Positions 26,955 through 39,956 of a stretch of 64,000 nt of DNA are shown in pieces. The notes beneath the pieces are model-generated. The model worked only from the letters and a program-made list of their open reading frames with translations. It did no database searches and was not told where the DNA came from. A program made the position numbers and the translations under genes. Every line of letters begins with the position of its first letter. Positions within the stretch are counted from its first letter, which is position 1. The DNA is from Eledone cirrhosa (Eukaryota), in assembly GCA_964016885.1 (NCBI GenBank), contig OZ024741.1, positions 364,684,001-364,748,000 of the forward strand. Reading direction: 5' to 3'.

Positions 26955-29128
26955 TTAAAATAGAGTTGAAAAGATGGGAAAGACCACTTACCGTACTTTT
27001 CGTAGAGGAAGGATGGTTTCTCCATCCATTTACACTTGATCGTCTGGTGAAGGGACCGTTGAATCGTCCCTTCGGCTGGTCGTCGGACTTCTATGAGTAT
27101 GTCCGAATATACTCTTCGGTTGAGAGTCCCTCCTAGGCCTCTGAAATCACCAACTACGTTGGGGAATTTCGTTTTAATGTTTGTGTATTGTTTCTGTGCT
27201 ATTTTTAGCAGCCTTATGTTCGTTGGCGTTTTGATTGGTGCTGGTATTATGTAGTCGTGCTGTGAAATGTCTGTGTGTTCAATTATATAAGTCATTAGTT
27301 TCTTGTTGTGTGTTTTTATTGCCGTGCATTTGTTTTTATGGGGGTGGGGTGTGGTTCTGCTATTTTCTTGTCGTTGTTGCTGGGTGTGTGTGTTTTGTTG
27401 TGTTTGCGATGTTGGTGTTTGTGGTGTTGAAGGTGTTGTTGTTGTTGGCGGTAGGGTTGCCGCCGGTGGTGATGGTGGTGCTAGTGTGGGTGGTGATGGT
27501 GTTGGTGGTGTTGCTGCTGTGAGTCTCTTTGCAGTAGCTTTTACCCATTTTCATTTCTTTCCTCTCTTTTCGAAGGCGACGATGCGCTGCTTCTGCGTTT
27601 GTGCCTTCTTACGACCTTTTGCCATCCCTCTCCCACCTCACACTCCATGGCTGATTCTGTGAGGTCGGGGAGGGGTACCAGCTCCACTCTTTCATTTGTT
27701 GTTGTTGGTGATGTTTGCAGTGGAGTCTCTGTTGCAGCTGCATTTGGTATTACTGTTGTTGTTAATACTTCCACTGCTGCTGCTGTTCTTGATTTTCTTG
27801 ATTTGCGTGGGTATGGGTGCCACGGACCTATCGTTCCTGGTTGCCGCTTGTCCTGTTGCTGGTAGCCGTGGAGCCGGTTTCGGAGGGAGGGGATTCTTCT
27901 CCTTTCTCAGGGTCTTCTCGTTGCAGAAGGCCCTGAGGTGAGTCTTCGATCCACAGCGAAAACATTTCGGGCGTTTGCCCTCAACACTTATGGGCAGTTG
28001 AGTGCCGTTATCGAAGTCTATCACATCCGGGATAGCTTCGATGCACTCCTGGTTGGTTTGGATTAACATCTCAATGGAGGTGCCGACCCAATCTTCTCTT
28101 ACTTTTTTCTGTACTTGCAGTACAGTTGTTTTGCCCTCGATTCCGACGAGGACAGACGCGGCCAGCCAAGAAGGGGCCATCCGGGGGGGGGGGGGGCGGG
28201 GACGGGGACATGGGTCAGTTTGACCCTCACAATTTTTTTCCCGCAGTAGGAGGGCACCAACACCATTTCCTCGCTCCTTAGGGTCACTAAGGATTGAGCC
28301 TTTGCCTCCTGGGGTGTGGCAAAAAGCACGTCTACGGTGGCATATTTCTTGCCTCGGGTGATGTGCGTTTTCCGCTACCACACAGACCCTAAGGCTTTTT
28401 GTATTTGAGCCTCTGTGGCTCTTTCAACCCTACGTGATTTTGTGCTAACGGTACGTGACCGTACAGTGCTGTTGGGTTTCGAAAATTTTTTCGGCTGCCT
28501 TGCAGATTGCTCGGTGTCCGGATTTCGTCACCATCTTCTTCGCTTCCTCTAATTCCTCATTTGTTATGAGGATGGTTTCCAGGTTCTTTGCGATACCTGC
28601 AAACGAGATTGCTTTTTCTTTGCTGCTGTTGTTGTTGTTGTCGTCAGAGCTGCTGTTACTTTTGTTGTTGCTGCAGGTACTACGACTACTGCCGCCGCCG
28701 CTGTTGCTGTGGTTGTTGTTGTTGTTGCTGCTGCTGCTGTTGTTGTTGCTGTTGCTGCTAATGCTGTTGTTGTTTATGCTGCTGCTGATGCTGTTGCGGC
28801 TGCTACTGTTGTTTTCCTTGTCACTGTTGCTGCTGCTGCTGTTATTACGGCTGCTACTGCTATTATTCCTGACGTCAGACGAATGAAATGGGTTTTCGTA
28901 TTTCCCGCACACCTTTTTCGTCGTTGTCGTCGTCGTGGTGGAGAAATCTTGCACGCTTTGCACGTGATTTTTCTTTTCTGGCGTCGCTTGCGAAAGAGAA
29001 GGGAGGGAGAGAGACACATTTAGAGAAGAGAGGGAGAGAGACAATCTTCTCTCTGCTGTAGTGACGATTGAGGAAGAAGAAGACGGAATGAGTGGGAGTG
29101 ACCTATGAAAATTCTTTTTCGTAGCCAT
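26955..29128 (-). pseudogene. Tx1 ORF1 (gag-like, CCHC zinc knuckle), frameshifted, with Ser/Asn/Thr low-complexity tracts
   Basis: ATG at 29128 (MATKKNF); CFRCGSKTHLRAFC at about 27923-27964; lies upstream of ORF2; the 3' end is approximate. Confidence 0.8.
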
Positions 29129-29387
29129 GTTTTTTTTTCGTTTAAAATAAATATTGGGCACAAAACCCCAATAAGCGGTTATTTAACCCCGAAGGGCCAA
29201 ATAACGGGCAGAAAGACCCCTCTCACGAGGAGGAGTGTGTTTTTGTCTACAATTTGGTTAAAGTTTTAAACAATTTACAATTGTTATAGCGGTCAAAATT
29301 TACAATACCTTACAGAGCCGAGCCTCCGTCAACCATATTCAATAATAATAATAATAATAATGATAATAATAATAATAATAATAATAA

Positions 29388-30703
29388 AAAATTGAGCTGA
29401 AGCAACGAAATCCAGGTACTAACAGGTGAGATGATAAAGGAAATTGACACTGAAGAAGGATAGAAATATTTATGTGTTCTGGAGGCAGATGACATCAAGA
29501 ACAAAAAAAGAAGAAAGAATTGATAAGATCTGAGTACATTAGGAGAGTAAGGAGCGTATTAAAATCACATCTAAATAGTAGGAATGTCATAAGTGCAGTA
29601 AATTCCCGAGCTGTGTCTATTATTAGGTACAGTGCGGGAATTCTGAAATGGAATGTTGCTGAAGAAAAAGAAATGGATAGGAAGACTAGGGAGCTATTAA
29701 CTATCTACAACATGTTCCACAAGAGGAGTGATGTCGATAAACTCTACTTAAAGATATCTGAAGGTTGAAGAGGTCTTATCAGCATAGAGGACTGTGTTCA
29801 GATGGAGAAAAACAACCTGCACAAATACGTGATTGACAGTAGGTAGACAATGCTCAAAATTGTACTGAGGGAGAAGACAATAGACCAGGGGATGTCCAAG
29901 GAAGAACTAACAACAAGGAGGAAGAGCAACCTTCATGAAAAATCCCTTCATAGTACCTTCTTTAAGAAAACTGAATTTAGAGATCCACAGACATGGAACT
30001 GGTTAAAAAGAGGAGACCTTAAAAAGGCTACAGAAGGAATGCTTATGGCTGCGCAAGAACAGGCCCTCAGAACGAAGTGGGTGAAACACCATATTTACAA
30101 GGAGGAGGCTAGCCCACTGTGTAGGATCTGTGGAGAAAGAGAGGAGACTGTGACTCACATTGTATCCGAGTGTAAACACCTAGCCCAGGCTCACTATAAA
30201 GGCTAGAGACAATTTACCACATTCTGAGAAGTGGTATGAGCATAAGCCAGAGTCGGTGATAGAAAATGATTAGGTGAAGGTGCTGTGGGATTTTAGGATA
30301 CAAACAGACAAGAAATTAGAACACAATAGGCCTGACCTGGTGGTTTTGTACAAGGAAAAAAGATCGTGCCTGCCCATTTGAAACGAGAGTGCAAGAAAAG
30401 GAGAGGGAGAAAATTAACCGATACCAGGACTTAAAGTGGGAGGTAAAAAGGATTTGGAACTGCCATGAAGTCAGCGTCGTCCCGATTGTCATAGGAACAC
30501 TAGGTACTATCTCAAAGAGTTTCCAAGGATGGTTAAAGAAAGTTAGTCCAGCCCCGCTGTTTGGAACACTTCAAAAGGCATGCTTGCTGGGAACAGCAAG
30601 AACCCTCCGATACGTCCTGAATATCTGAGGCTACAGATAGTGGCTTGATATTCTTTTCAACAAACTTTCCAGTTAAATAACATCAATGACCGAGACACAA
30701 AGA
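29388..30703 (+). mobile_element. 5'-truncated R4/Dong-clade (RLE-type) non-LTR retrotransposon
   Basis: EG*KYLCVL, DVDKLYLKISEG*RGL, MAAQEQALRT, CRICGEREETVTHIVSEC, VLWDFRIQTD..HNRPDLVV, VPIVIGTLG; stop at 30628; flanked by (AAT)n. Confidence 0.88.
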
Positions 30704-30708
30704 ATAAT

Positions 30709-30890
30709 ATTTGTTTCTACTTTTGGCACAAGGCCAGCAATTACCCAGTGTATTACTGGTACTTTATTTTATCGACCCCGTAAGGATGAAAGGCAAAGTT
30801 AACCTCGACGCGATTTGAACTCAGAATGGCAAGGGCCGTAACTCTATGCGTCAAAGCATGGCGTCCGACCCTCTACCGATACTGCCAATC
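30709..30890 (-). mobile_element. SINE S1 inserted in the (AAT)n tail of the R4/Dong element
   Basis: Reverse complement of S1, with AATAAT on the left and (AAT)n at 30894-30923. Confidence 0.88.
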
Positions 30891-30893
30891 GAC

Positions 30894-30924
<31 letters not shown>

Positions 30925-31169
30925 TTGTGGAGTCAATTCTTTAGATCGATATGATAAAAATGAATAACTACTGTATCTATTTAAGTGATTACTGAAATTG
31001 TTTACTGCACCAGCTGTCCAACATGGACATCAATGAAATTTCATTAAAATTTCGTGTTTCTTTTTCCAGAATTATTGTATTATTGAAATGAAGTCTTTTT
31101 CAACGCATACACGCACACATGCACACACATCCATACATATAAACATGCATACATACATAAATAAATACA

Positions 31170-32180
<1,011 letters not shown>

Positions 32181-32409
32181 ACGTAAACACAACACCAGCA
32201 CAAGGTAGTAGCAAACAATTAGAACTTGAGAACTTGAGAGTTATACGACTGCATATATATATCCGCTCGTCCCTTAAATCTATCTTATTTCTCATTCTTT
32301 CTTCTGAAGTAGGACTAGCGTCCGAAACGTCAAGACCCTCTTCCTGCTATTTCAAGCGTTAACCTAATATATACTGTACCGATTGTGTTGTTATTTCTGT
32401 TTACCTTTT

Positions 32410-32410
<1 letters not shown>
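32181..32410 (+). mobile_element. HHR mini-element family A (PLE pseudo-LTR-like); minimal hammerhead at 32300-32335
   Basis: TCTT-CTGAAGTA-GGAC/GTCC-GAAACGTC-AAGA (core A9 mutated); ends TTACCTTTTA into (CA)n; homologues at 48585-48807 and 50685-50910. Confidence 0.75.
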
Positions 32411-32454
<44 letters not shown>

Positions 32455-33852
32455 GTGTGTATGTGTGTATGCATGGCTGTCTGCGCATGTGTGAGGGTGT
32501 AGCATTGTCATGAATGTAGGCATATGTTCATGTAAGCGTAAAACTTTGGTGCCTGGAAATAATAATAATTGCCTAAAATGGACAAAATATATTAATTTTC
32601 TATGTAGACAATGAAACCTTAGAAGAATTAAATGGTCTATGTTTCCTGTTCTATATGTTTCGCTTTTAATATGATCGTTATTACACGCATCATCCTTTAA
32701 AAAAGACTGTAAATCAGAGGTTCCTTATCTTTACTGATGCTGGAGTGTGAAACAACGTGAGACTTTTTATGGAGCAATTAGCTTATACACTTGATGTAGG
32801 GCGTCGAATGACTTGGGGTCTCGATTGAACTGTTGTACTAAAGCCTGGCATTTGTATATAATATACAACTTCTTTACACTGCTTTCTGGTTCATATATTT
32901 AGTCTTCGTTGTTGATGTATTTTATATCATGTTTGCTGATGTTTTTTCTTATTTTTGTACGTGCCTGGGTCAATAACGAATAAAGGGTTCTATGAATCGA
33001 TGGTCTTAACAGTTAAGGGTCACGTGTGTAGGTGCTGATGGAGGGATTGATGTTGCATGGGTCTCCTGATTGAAAATTTCATTGGGGCTCGTATGTATTA
33101 CGTAAGGTAATGAAAAAAAAAGAAAAGAAATTAATTTAGGGAGTCCTTTAAATATTATGGGGCGACTGGTGGCAATCCAGTTAACCCCACACCTTAATCC
33201 GCTAGTGTTCTGGTGTAAAATGTGAAACCAGTGATATTCCTCAACAAGAAATGTATGTGTCATACACATGTGTACTTGCTCGGCTGTTCAAAAAATTCCT
33301 ACATACGAGACAAAATAGTTTCTTATATTCTTTTCCTGTTTTGGGCGAATTTTTTTCTTATTTAAACCTACTTTTCCTTTCTTCTGTTCCATCTCCAACG
33401 TTTCATCTAATTTATATTTCATGTCGAATCACCTTTGTAAGATAATTGAATAAATTACTTATTTTTCTTAAAGCGACGCATTATTACAAGAAATACTAAA
33501 AAGAAAATATTAAACGCGTTTAAATATTCCTTTGAAGTTATGTATTTTATATTAAATGGTTTCATTGGCATTCAATTTTAATCGTTATATTGGTTGCTTT
33601 ACATAGAAGACATACATACGAACAGCCATTTTCTATTTAAAAAAAAATGCAATAATGTAAGTAGTTTTCTTTCTTTTCTGTTATTACTTACGCCTATGAT
33701 ACCACCAAGCATACACTCTTTACTCATTTTCCGCAAACACATAAACTTCATATACGACCCGAAATTTCCTCAGTCAAATATATATATATATATGAAACGG
33801 TCAGGACCCCGACTGCTGAGCTCTTGCCATTTTAACAGCTAGTTCCAGACTT

Positions 33853-33861
33853 TATATATAT

Positions 33862-33913
<52 letters not shown>

Positions 33914-33959
33914 GCCGTGTATATATATATATAGAGTATATATATAGAGTATATAAAGA

Positions 33960-34040
<81 letters not shown>

Positions 34041-34043
34041 TAC

Positions 34044-34134
<91 letters not shown>

Positions 34135-34162
34135 CGTGTGTGTGTGTGTGTATTTATATATA
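33853..34162. repeat. (TA)n microsatellite field
   Basis: Direct inspection. Confidence 0.95.
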
Positions 34163-35296
34163 TCATAATTAAACTTTAAACAATTTCCTGATACAGATGC
34201 AAGATTTTAGTAGTTAGTTGCAATTTTGCCCTCACAATTGACAGTCAATTTTATTTAATACGTCCACAGACACACACACAAATACAAATGTATATACATA
34301 TGTATATAGCTGTACTTCCACTTCTTAAAAATTTTCATATAATATATACGTATAAAATTCTAATTTTTTAATTTTAATTTTAATAATTTTTTAATTTTTT
34401 ATTTCTTTAAAAAATTAGTTATCTCTTAAAAAAATTATATATTTTTATTTATTTATTTATTTTTTTTATTTTCTCAAAAAAGTTTTTCAAAATTTTTTCA
34501 AAATTTTTAAAAAGATTTTTTCAATATTTTTTCAATATTTTTTCAATATTGTTTCAATATTTTTTCAATATATTTTCAATAGATTAATAACCACTAACTG
34601 ATTCTGGCTAAATGTATCTTAAACATCCATACTTATTTTGACTAAATAGTCTCACACTAACGAATAAATAAATATAATCGGAGTTTTTTTCCTTATCTTC
34701 CCTTTTCAATCATATAAATATAAATATTATTACTTAACTCAGTTAATTTAATTTAATTTAATTTTAAATCATTCTCAATTTTAAATACATATTTATTTAC
34801 ATAAAATACAAAACCAATATCCCTCATAACTCATTAGAACAACTATCTATAACATGATATACCCATTTATTATTTTATTTATTTATTTATCTACTTAAAA
34901 CAAATGAAAAACATCCCTCATATTATATTATAAACAAATTTGAAACAACTAATAATCGTAAAATATCCTTTTAATATAAATACACATACTAAAATATATA
35001 CTTACATATATACATAGATAGTTGTTCGAATATATGTCCCTCAAATTAACGTTATATGAGCTTTTCATTCATCTTCGCTTTTTTCCTTCTTCTTCTCTCT
35101 CTCACTATCATATATTATATATAAAAACTCTCCATAGTCGTTTAAATAAACGGTTGCTTTTCAATTATTTACATATTCATTTGCATATTCACCCATAGGT
35201 TTGAAAAATCCATAATACATTTCCACTATCCAGAGAATATCCAACTGATAAGGTATGATTTTCCTGGGTATGTCTCTATTTATAAAACAAACTTTG

Positions 35297-35359
35297 TATT
35301 TTATCTGAAGAAAGCGTACCAAAGTGTTTTGGTACCCTTGAAATATATATAATAAAATA
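35297..35359 (+). ncRNA. Minimal type I hammerhead (family B)
   Basis: Stem I TATTTTAT/ATAAAATA; CTGAAGA; stem II AAGCGTACCAAA/TTTGGTACCCTT; GAAA; TA-repeat stem III; ATA triplet. Confidence 0.75.
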
Positions 35360-35463
35360 AATATGGTTTTATAAATATAGTTTCCATTTATTTAATATCA
35401 TTGTGTATGTATATATATATATGTGTGTAACACACACATATGTATATATATATATATAATATA

Positions 35464-35528
<65 letters not shown>

Positions 35529-35561
35529 GTACACACACACATATGTATATATAAATATATA

Positions 35562-35775
35562 TATTAGAAAGTGAGGTTTTTTTTTACAAAATGAAAAATA
35601 ACCGAGGTGTCCTACACGAGTGAAAGTATAAAGAAAAAGAGATGAAATCGAAAATGCAACTGGAGTCTTATTTAAAAAAAAATATATATATTTATTTGGT
35701 TCCTTTACCGGTTTCGCAGTTCTTATGCTTTTCAAAAGTAGAGTTGAGATGGAGGGTCTGTGGGTTTTTTCACAC
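35562..35775 (-). mobile_element. (TA)n-flanked mini-element family D with a variant hammerhead-like motif
   Basis: Same sequence as the arms of 53783-54128; minus strand TTTGAAAA-GCA..TGC-GAAACCGGTA. Confidence 0.7.
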
Positions 35776-36814
35776 ATATATATATATATGTACACACATA
35801 CACACATATGTATATATAAATATATATATATATATATATGCAATATTTTATTAAGGTCGAATCAGTTGCCTAAAGTTATCATTACCGGGATGGGTGTAGG
35901 CCTGAGAATCTACACTATACTAAAATGCCCTTTAATGGCTCGTATCTCATATAGCCTCTGACAACCAAAATCCAGTTCCTGGCCTTCCAGTGGTGAATGC
36001 ATTTGGAATTGACAAAGTAGAGGGACAAATATGAGTTACTGGTGCCTGGTGCCTTAAAACCAAGTGCTCCAGCTAGACAAAACTCGTCAGCCTTGGGTGG
36101 CAGTCTGTCTAGGAGAAGGGACATTCAGAATACAAAACTAGGATAGAGGGGACTCCTTAGTCATACTTATTACAACCCATCTGTGCGCGGGAACACAAAA
36201 AATTCCCTGAACATTTTCGGGGCACGCAGTGTATCCACTGGAAATGAAGGACTCCGAGATATTGTCCCGTCTTCTGAGATTGGGAAACTGAAGTGAGACC
36301 TGTAGTTTACATGATTATTGATAATTTTCTTGATGCTTGTCATCAGATAAAATCACTGAGACTTAGTGAGTATCACCCGTGTTGTACAAACGTTTGATCC
36401 TATAATCCATAAATTACAGATGTCTCTTTTGTATCTTCTCAGTCATTCTATCTCATCAGCCGATGCATGCTAGGGTTCTGAATTCTTGGCCCTATATAGA
36501 CATTGATTCTATTAATTCAAATACTAGGGTGTTAGGCGAAGTTGCGCCAAAGAAATGCAACAACTTCCATAGTTTCGTCATAGACGGAAGCAGTCATGGT
36601 ACCCCAGTCATCTGTGCCGATGTGTCCTATGTTGGAGTGTTGCCAGTGCCTGGGGTGGTGTCATCGACCTGCCTTTAGTGGCTAGATTAAAACAATTCAT
36701 GTATTTGCATACGGATATGTGTAGATCTGCAGGAATGATTGAGTTGATGTTGTGACGGCTATCATCTGACAAGATGACACAATCATATATATATATATAT
36801 ATATGAAAAACAAC

Positions 36815-37850
36815 CCACATTTTCTAAATCTACTGTGAATGTCTGATGAATCCCACTTTCACTTAGAGGGCAAGATCAATCATAAGACCAATGTGTTCTG
36901 GGGATCAATGAAGTCCACTGAATTGGCTGTGAAATCTCTCCACTCGGGTAAATGTACAGTTTAGGCTGCCATTTCTGAGAGAGGGTTGATCGGTCCATTC
37001 CTCTTCGAAGAAAATGGTGCCACAGATGAGGAAAGGTATATGAAGGTTTTGGAAGATTTCAAAAAAGAGCTACAGATCTTGTAAATATCGCTTATGAATA
37101 AGTTCTGGTTCCAGCAAGGCGGGGCAAACGCTCACACTTCCAATGAGTCGGGAGAATGACTGGAAAATAACTTTGGAAATCGTGTGATTAGTTTAAAGAC
37201 TGATTTTGAGTGGGCCCCAAACAGCACTGATTTAAGCATCGGCCCAGATTTCTTTCTTTGCGGCTATCTGAATGATATTGTATATGTAAACAAACCCAGT
37301 ACCACCATTGAACTAAAGGAAAACATCAGGAAGATCAGAGCCATCCTTGGGTCTGTTTGTAAAGACGTTGCTAAACTTCATGCCGCTCAACAAATGCATG
37401 GATTTAAATGGGGATCACTTGGAACATGAGCTGTAACTCTTGACAGACACATCAGAAGATAGAGTATATTTGATATATTCTTAATTGTTTGAACTAAATG
37501 TATTCGGAGTTGCATTAGGTTTTGTTAAAAAGTGAATAATGTAAGTCGTGGACAGTCGATCGATAAGATCCCAGACCTCATTCGCTTAACGAGTGGAGTG
37601 GAGCTCGTCAAATCAGACCGAAGAAACAATGTTTCCATTGGTCTTTCAAATTGCTAATACTATCTATCGGTCACAAATCCAGGTAGAAGGAGCAGCGTGA
37701 AATAAAGTGTCTTACTTAAGGACATAACGCATCGCCCGGTCCGGGAATCGAATTCACAACCTCACGATTGCGAATCCAATTCTCTAACCACTCAGAACAA
37801 TGTAAACACAAATAAAAATGGGGCCAGTTTCTTTTTAGTCACCCTATATA
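36815..37850 (+). pseudogene. Tc1/mariner transposase relic (DD41D/rosa-like spacing) with right terminus; S2 SINE head inserted at about 37690-37795
   Basis: SDESHFHLEGKIN, IGPFLFE, WFQQGGANAH, WAPNSTDLS..DFFLCGYL..VYVNKP; ends TTTAGTCACCCTATA then TA. Confidence 0.85.
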
Positions 37851-39589
37851 AGAATTAGTTTGTACTTATAACAGTTGTACAATCCAAACAAAATATAAAT
37901 ACTAGTGCCATTTAATTTTAACGATCATCTATGCAAATATCCCAAATTTAACAACCTGAAGTTTAGAAAAGTAATACTTGGTAAACAATAAAATGTTTTT
38001 GTATCACAAGAATAAAAATACTTGGTCCTCATTGTATTTTTAATGGTAAATCCATCCGAATAAATCTTTAAGATTTCTCTATCAGATGAGATACTTTTGT
38101 GGCATAGATACTTCTGAAATATTTTCACTCATATTTCAAAACTTTATTTAACACTCTTCAAAACCTTTATCTCTTAACAATATTACAAATGCTCCTCTAA
38201 TATTGGTATCACTGATCCGAGGAACATATTTCTAAAGTATTTGAATTTAGTTTGCGGTTTATTCATTGTTTTAACAAAGTGAAACGAAATTAGATCATGA
38301 TTACGAAGCAAACTTCTTATCCCCCCCCCCCACGCTTACGTATATGTCCATAAAAAATAAATACCAGCACAAACAACAACAAATTATTCTGCATTCTAAG
38401 AGGATCCGGGAAAACCGTCACCACTGTTGTTCTGTTGAGAGAAGTGAATATAAATATCATTGTATGGCATCTTTATGCATACATCTGTAACATCATACAG
38501 GTACAGTGATTACAGACAGTTCACTTAGTTGAAAATGAAATTAGAGGCAGCTGGAGGTTAGCGCTGCGACAGCCTGACATCCTGTTTAGACTGGAGTCTT
38601 GTACCCTCGATCATTTAAAGCATATGAAATCGGAATACGCTCCGGGTTTCGTTTAGCCCATGCAAAGCATGTAAAGATGGGCGTAAAATGATATCTCTAA
38701 CTGTAATTCTAAAGTGTACGAAGCCTGTTTGCTATAGACAAGTGGAAAGATTTAACTTTACGGGTTGTACTCTTCGACGAAGAGCAGTATTTTCCTGATG
38801 CTACCAAATAAATAGATATATCTATTTGATAACTCGCTTTTTCCGACAAAGGTTACTTACCGAAATATTAGATTTTCCCTTGCGGTAAACCAAATTATTC
38901 TACATTTGAAGTGCAATACACACTAATTGCCGATGCAGACAAACACCAATTTCCTGGGATCTGACTGTTTGCCGTAATAATTATAGTTCGCTTTCAATAT
39001 TTTCTGAAAATAAAACTGAAAGAAAGCCTGTACATTAATTATTGCTACTGTGATCTAGCGGAATAATACAAACAGCAAATGCAAACGGAGGAAATTGCTA
39101 TATATTGTCATAGCTATACCAGAAGAGATTATTATTACCGTAACTCAAATTATAAACACCAGTGCAACTAAACGTATGAGTTGAATCAGTATTAATATTC
39201 ATTCTATAGAAAGGTCAACGAAGAACCGTCGAACATGGATAAAAAGAAGGAATATTGTGTTACTAAATATTATTACCATTCATATTTCAATGACAAGCAG
39301 TAATTTCTATAGGAAAATGTGGCTAGCAAAACAAACAAGGAATATTGATGGGAAAATAACAACAGTAACATTATTCTAGAATATACAGAGTTAATAATAA
39401 ATAGGCCCCCTTCTGTCATGACTGACCATAGGTTTGACCATGGAAAGTTTCTCTCCAGAGCGCATGCCCGGACAGGATGATTTGTGGTCTCCCCTTACCA
39501 TGCTATTGATGTGGTCCAAAGGGAAGGTAAAGGTCGATACAAGTGTATTTGCAGGTGAACGACTCCTCGGTGGGCGTGATATTAGACTG

Positions 39590-39765
39590 TATCACAGTTA
39601 ACCACCAGCTGGTAATGGTACTTATTTTTTCTCCAGATGAGTGAATTGGAACAACGTGAAATAAAATGTCTTGGTCAAGGGCACAACGCACAGCACGGTC
39701 CAAGAATTGAACTCACGATCGGAAGATCGTGATTGCAACACCCTAACCACTAATCCATGCGGTGC
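39590..39765 (-). mobile_element. SINE S2 head fragment
   Basis: CACCCTAACCACTAATCCATGCG is the reverse complement of the S2 head. Confidence 0.65.
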
Positions 39766-39886
39766 TTTTACAGATTAAGTAAGACACATGTAATAATGTA
39801 ATGATAAACAATGGTCATTGTTGGGATGATTTTGATCATAACATCATCGAAAAAGGAAGGACACATTGGAAATTGTTTATCCTGGA

Positions 39887-39887
<1 letters not shown>

Positions 39888-39955
<68 letters not shown>
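39888..39955. repeat. (CTAT)n tract at the 5' side of the Tx1 array
   Basis: Direct inspection; further tracts at 42150-42200, 42232-42328, 46006-46024 and 47346-47403. Confidence 0.97.

Positions 39956-39956
<1 letters not shown>

Larger units (their letters stand above)
23391..29340 (-). mobile_element. Apparently full-length Tx1 (L1-clade) non-LTR retrotransposon inserted in (AAT)n
   Basis: 5'UTR, ORF1 with CCHC knuckle, ORF2 with APE, RT and Zn finger, 3'UTR with AATAAA; (AAT)n at 23341-23390 and 29341-29387. Confidence 0.93.

Noticed and set aside
36843-36860. CTGATGA as a hammerhead core
   Set aside because: It encodes the SDE motif of the mariner transposase, and no stems are present.
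37925-38235. Possible minus-strand terminal exon
   Set aside because: Short frames with no recognisable motif; not supportable from sequence alone.
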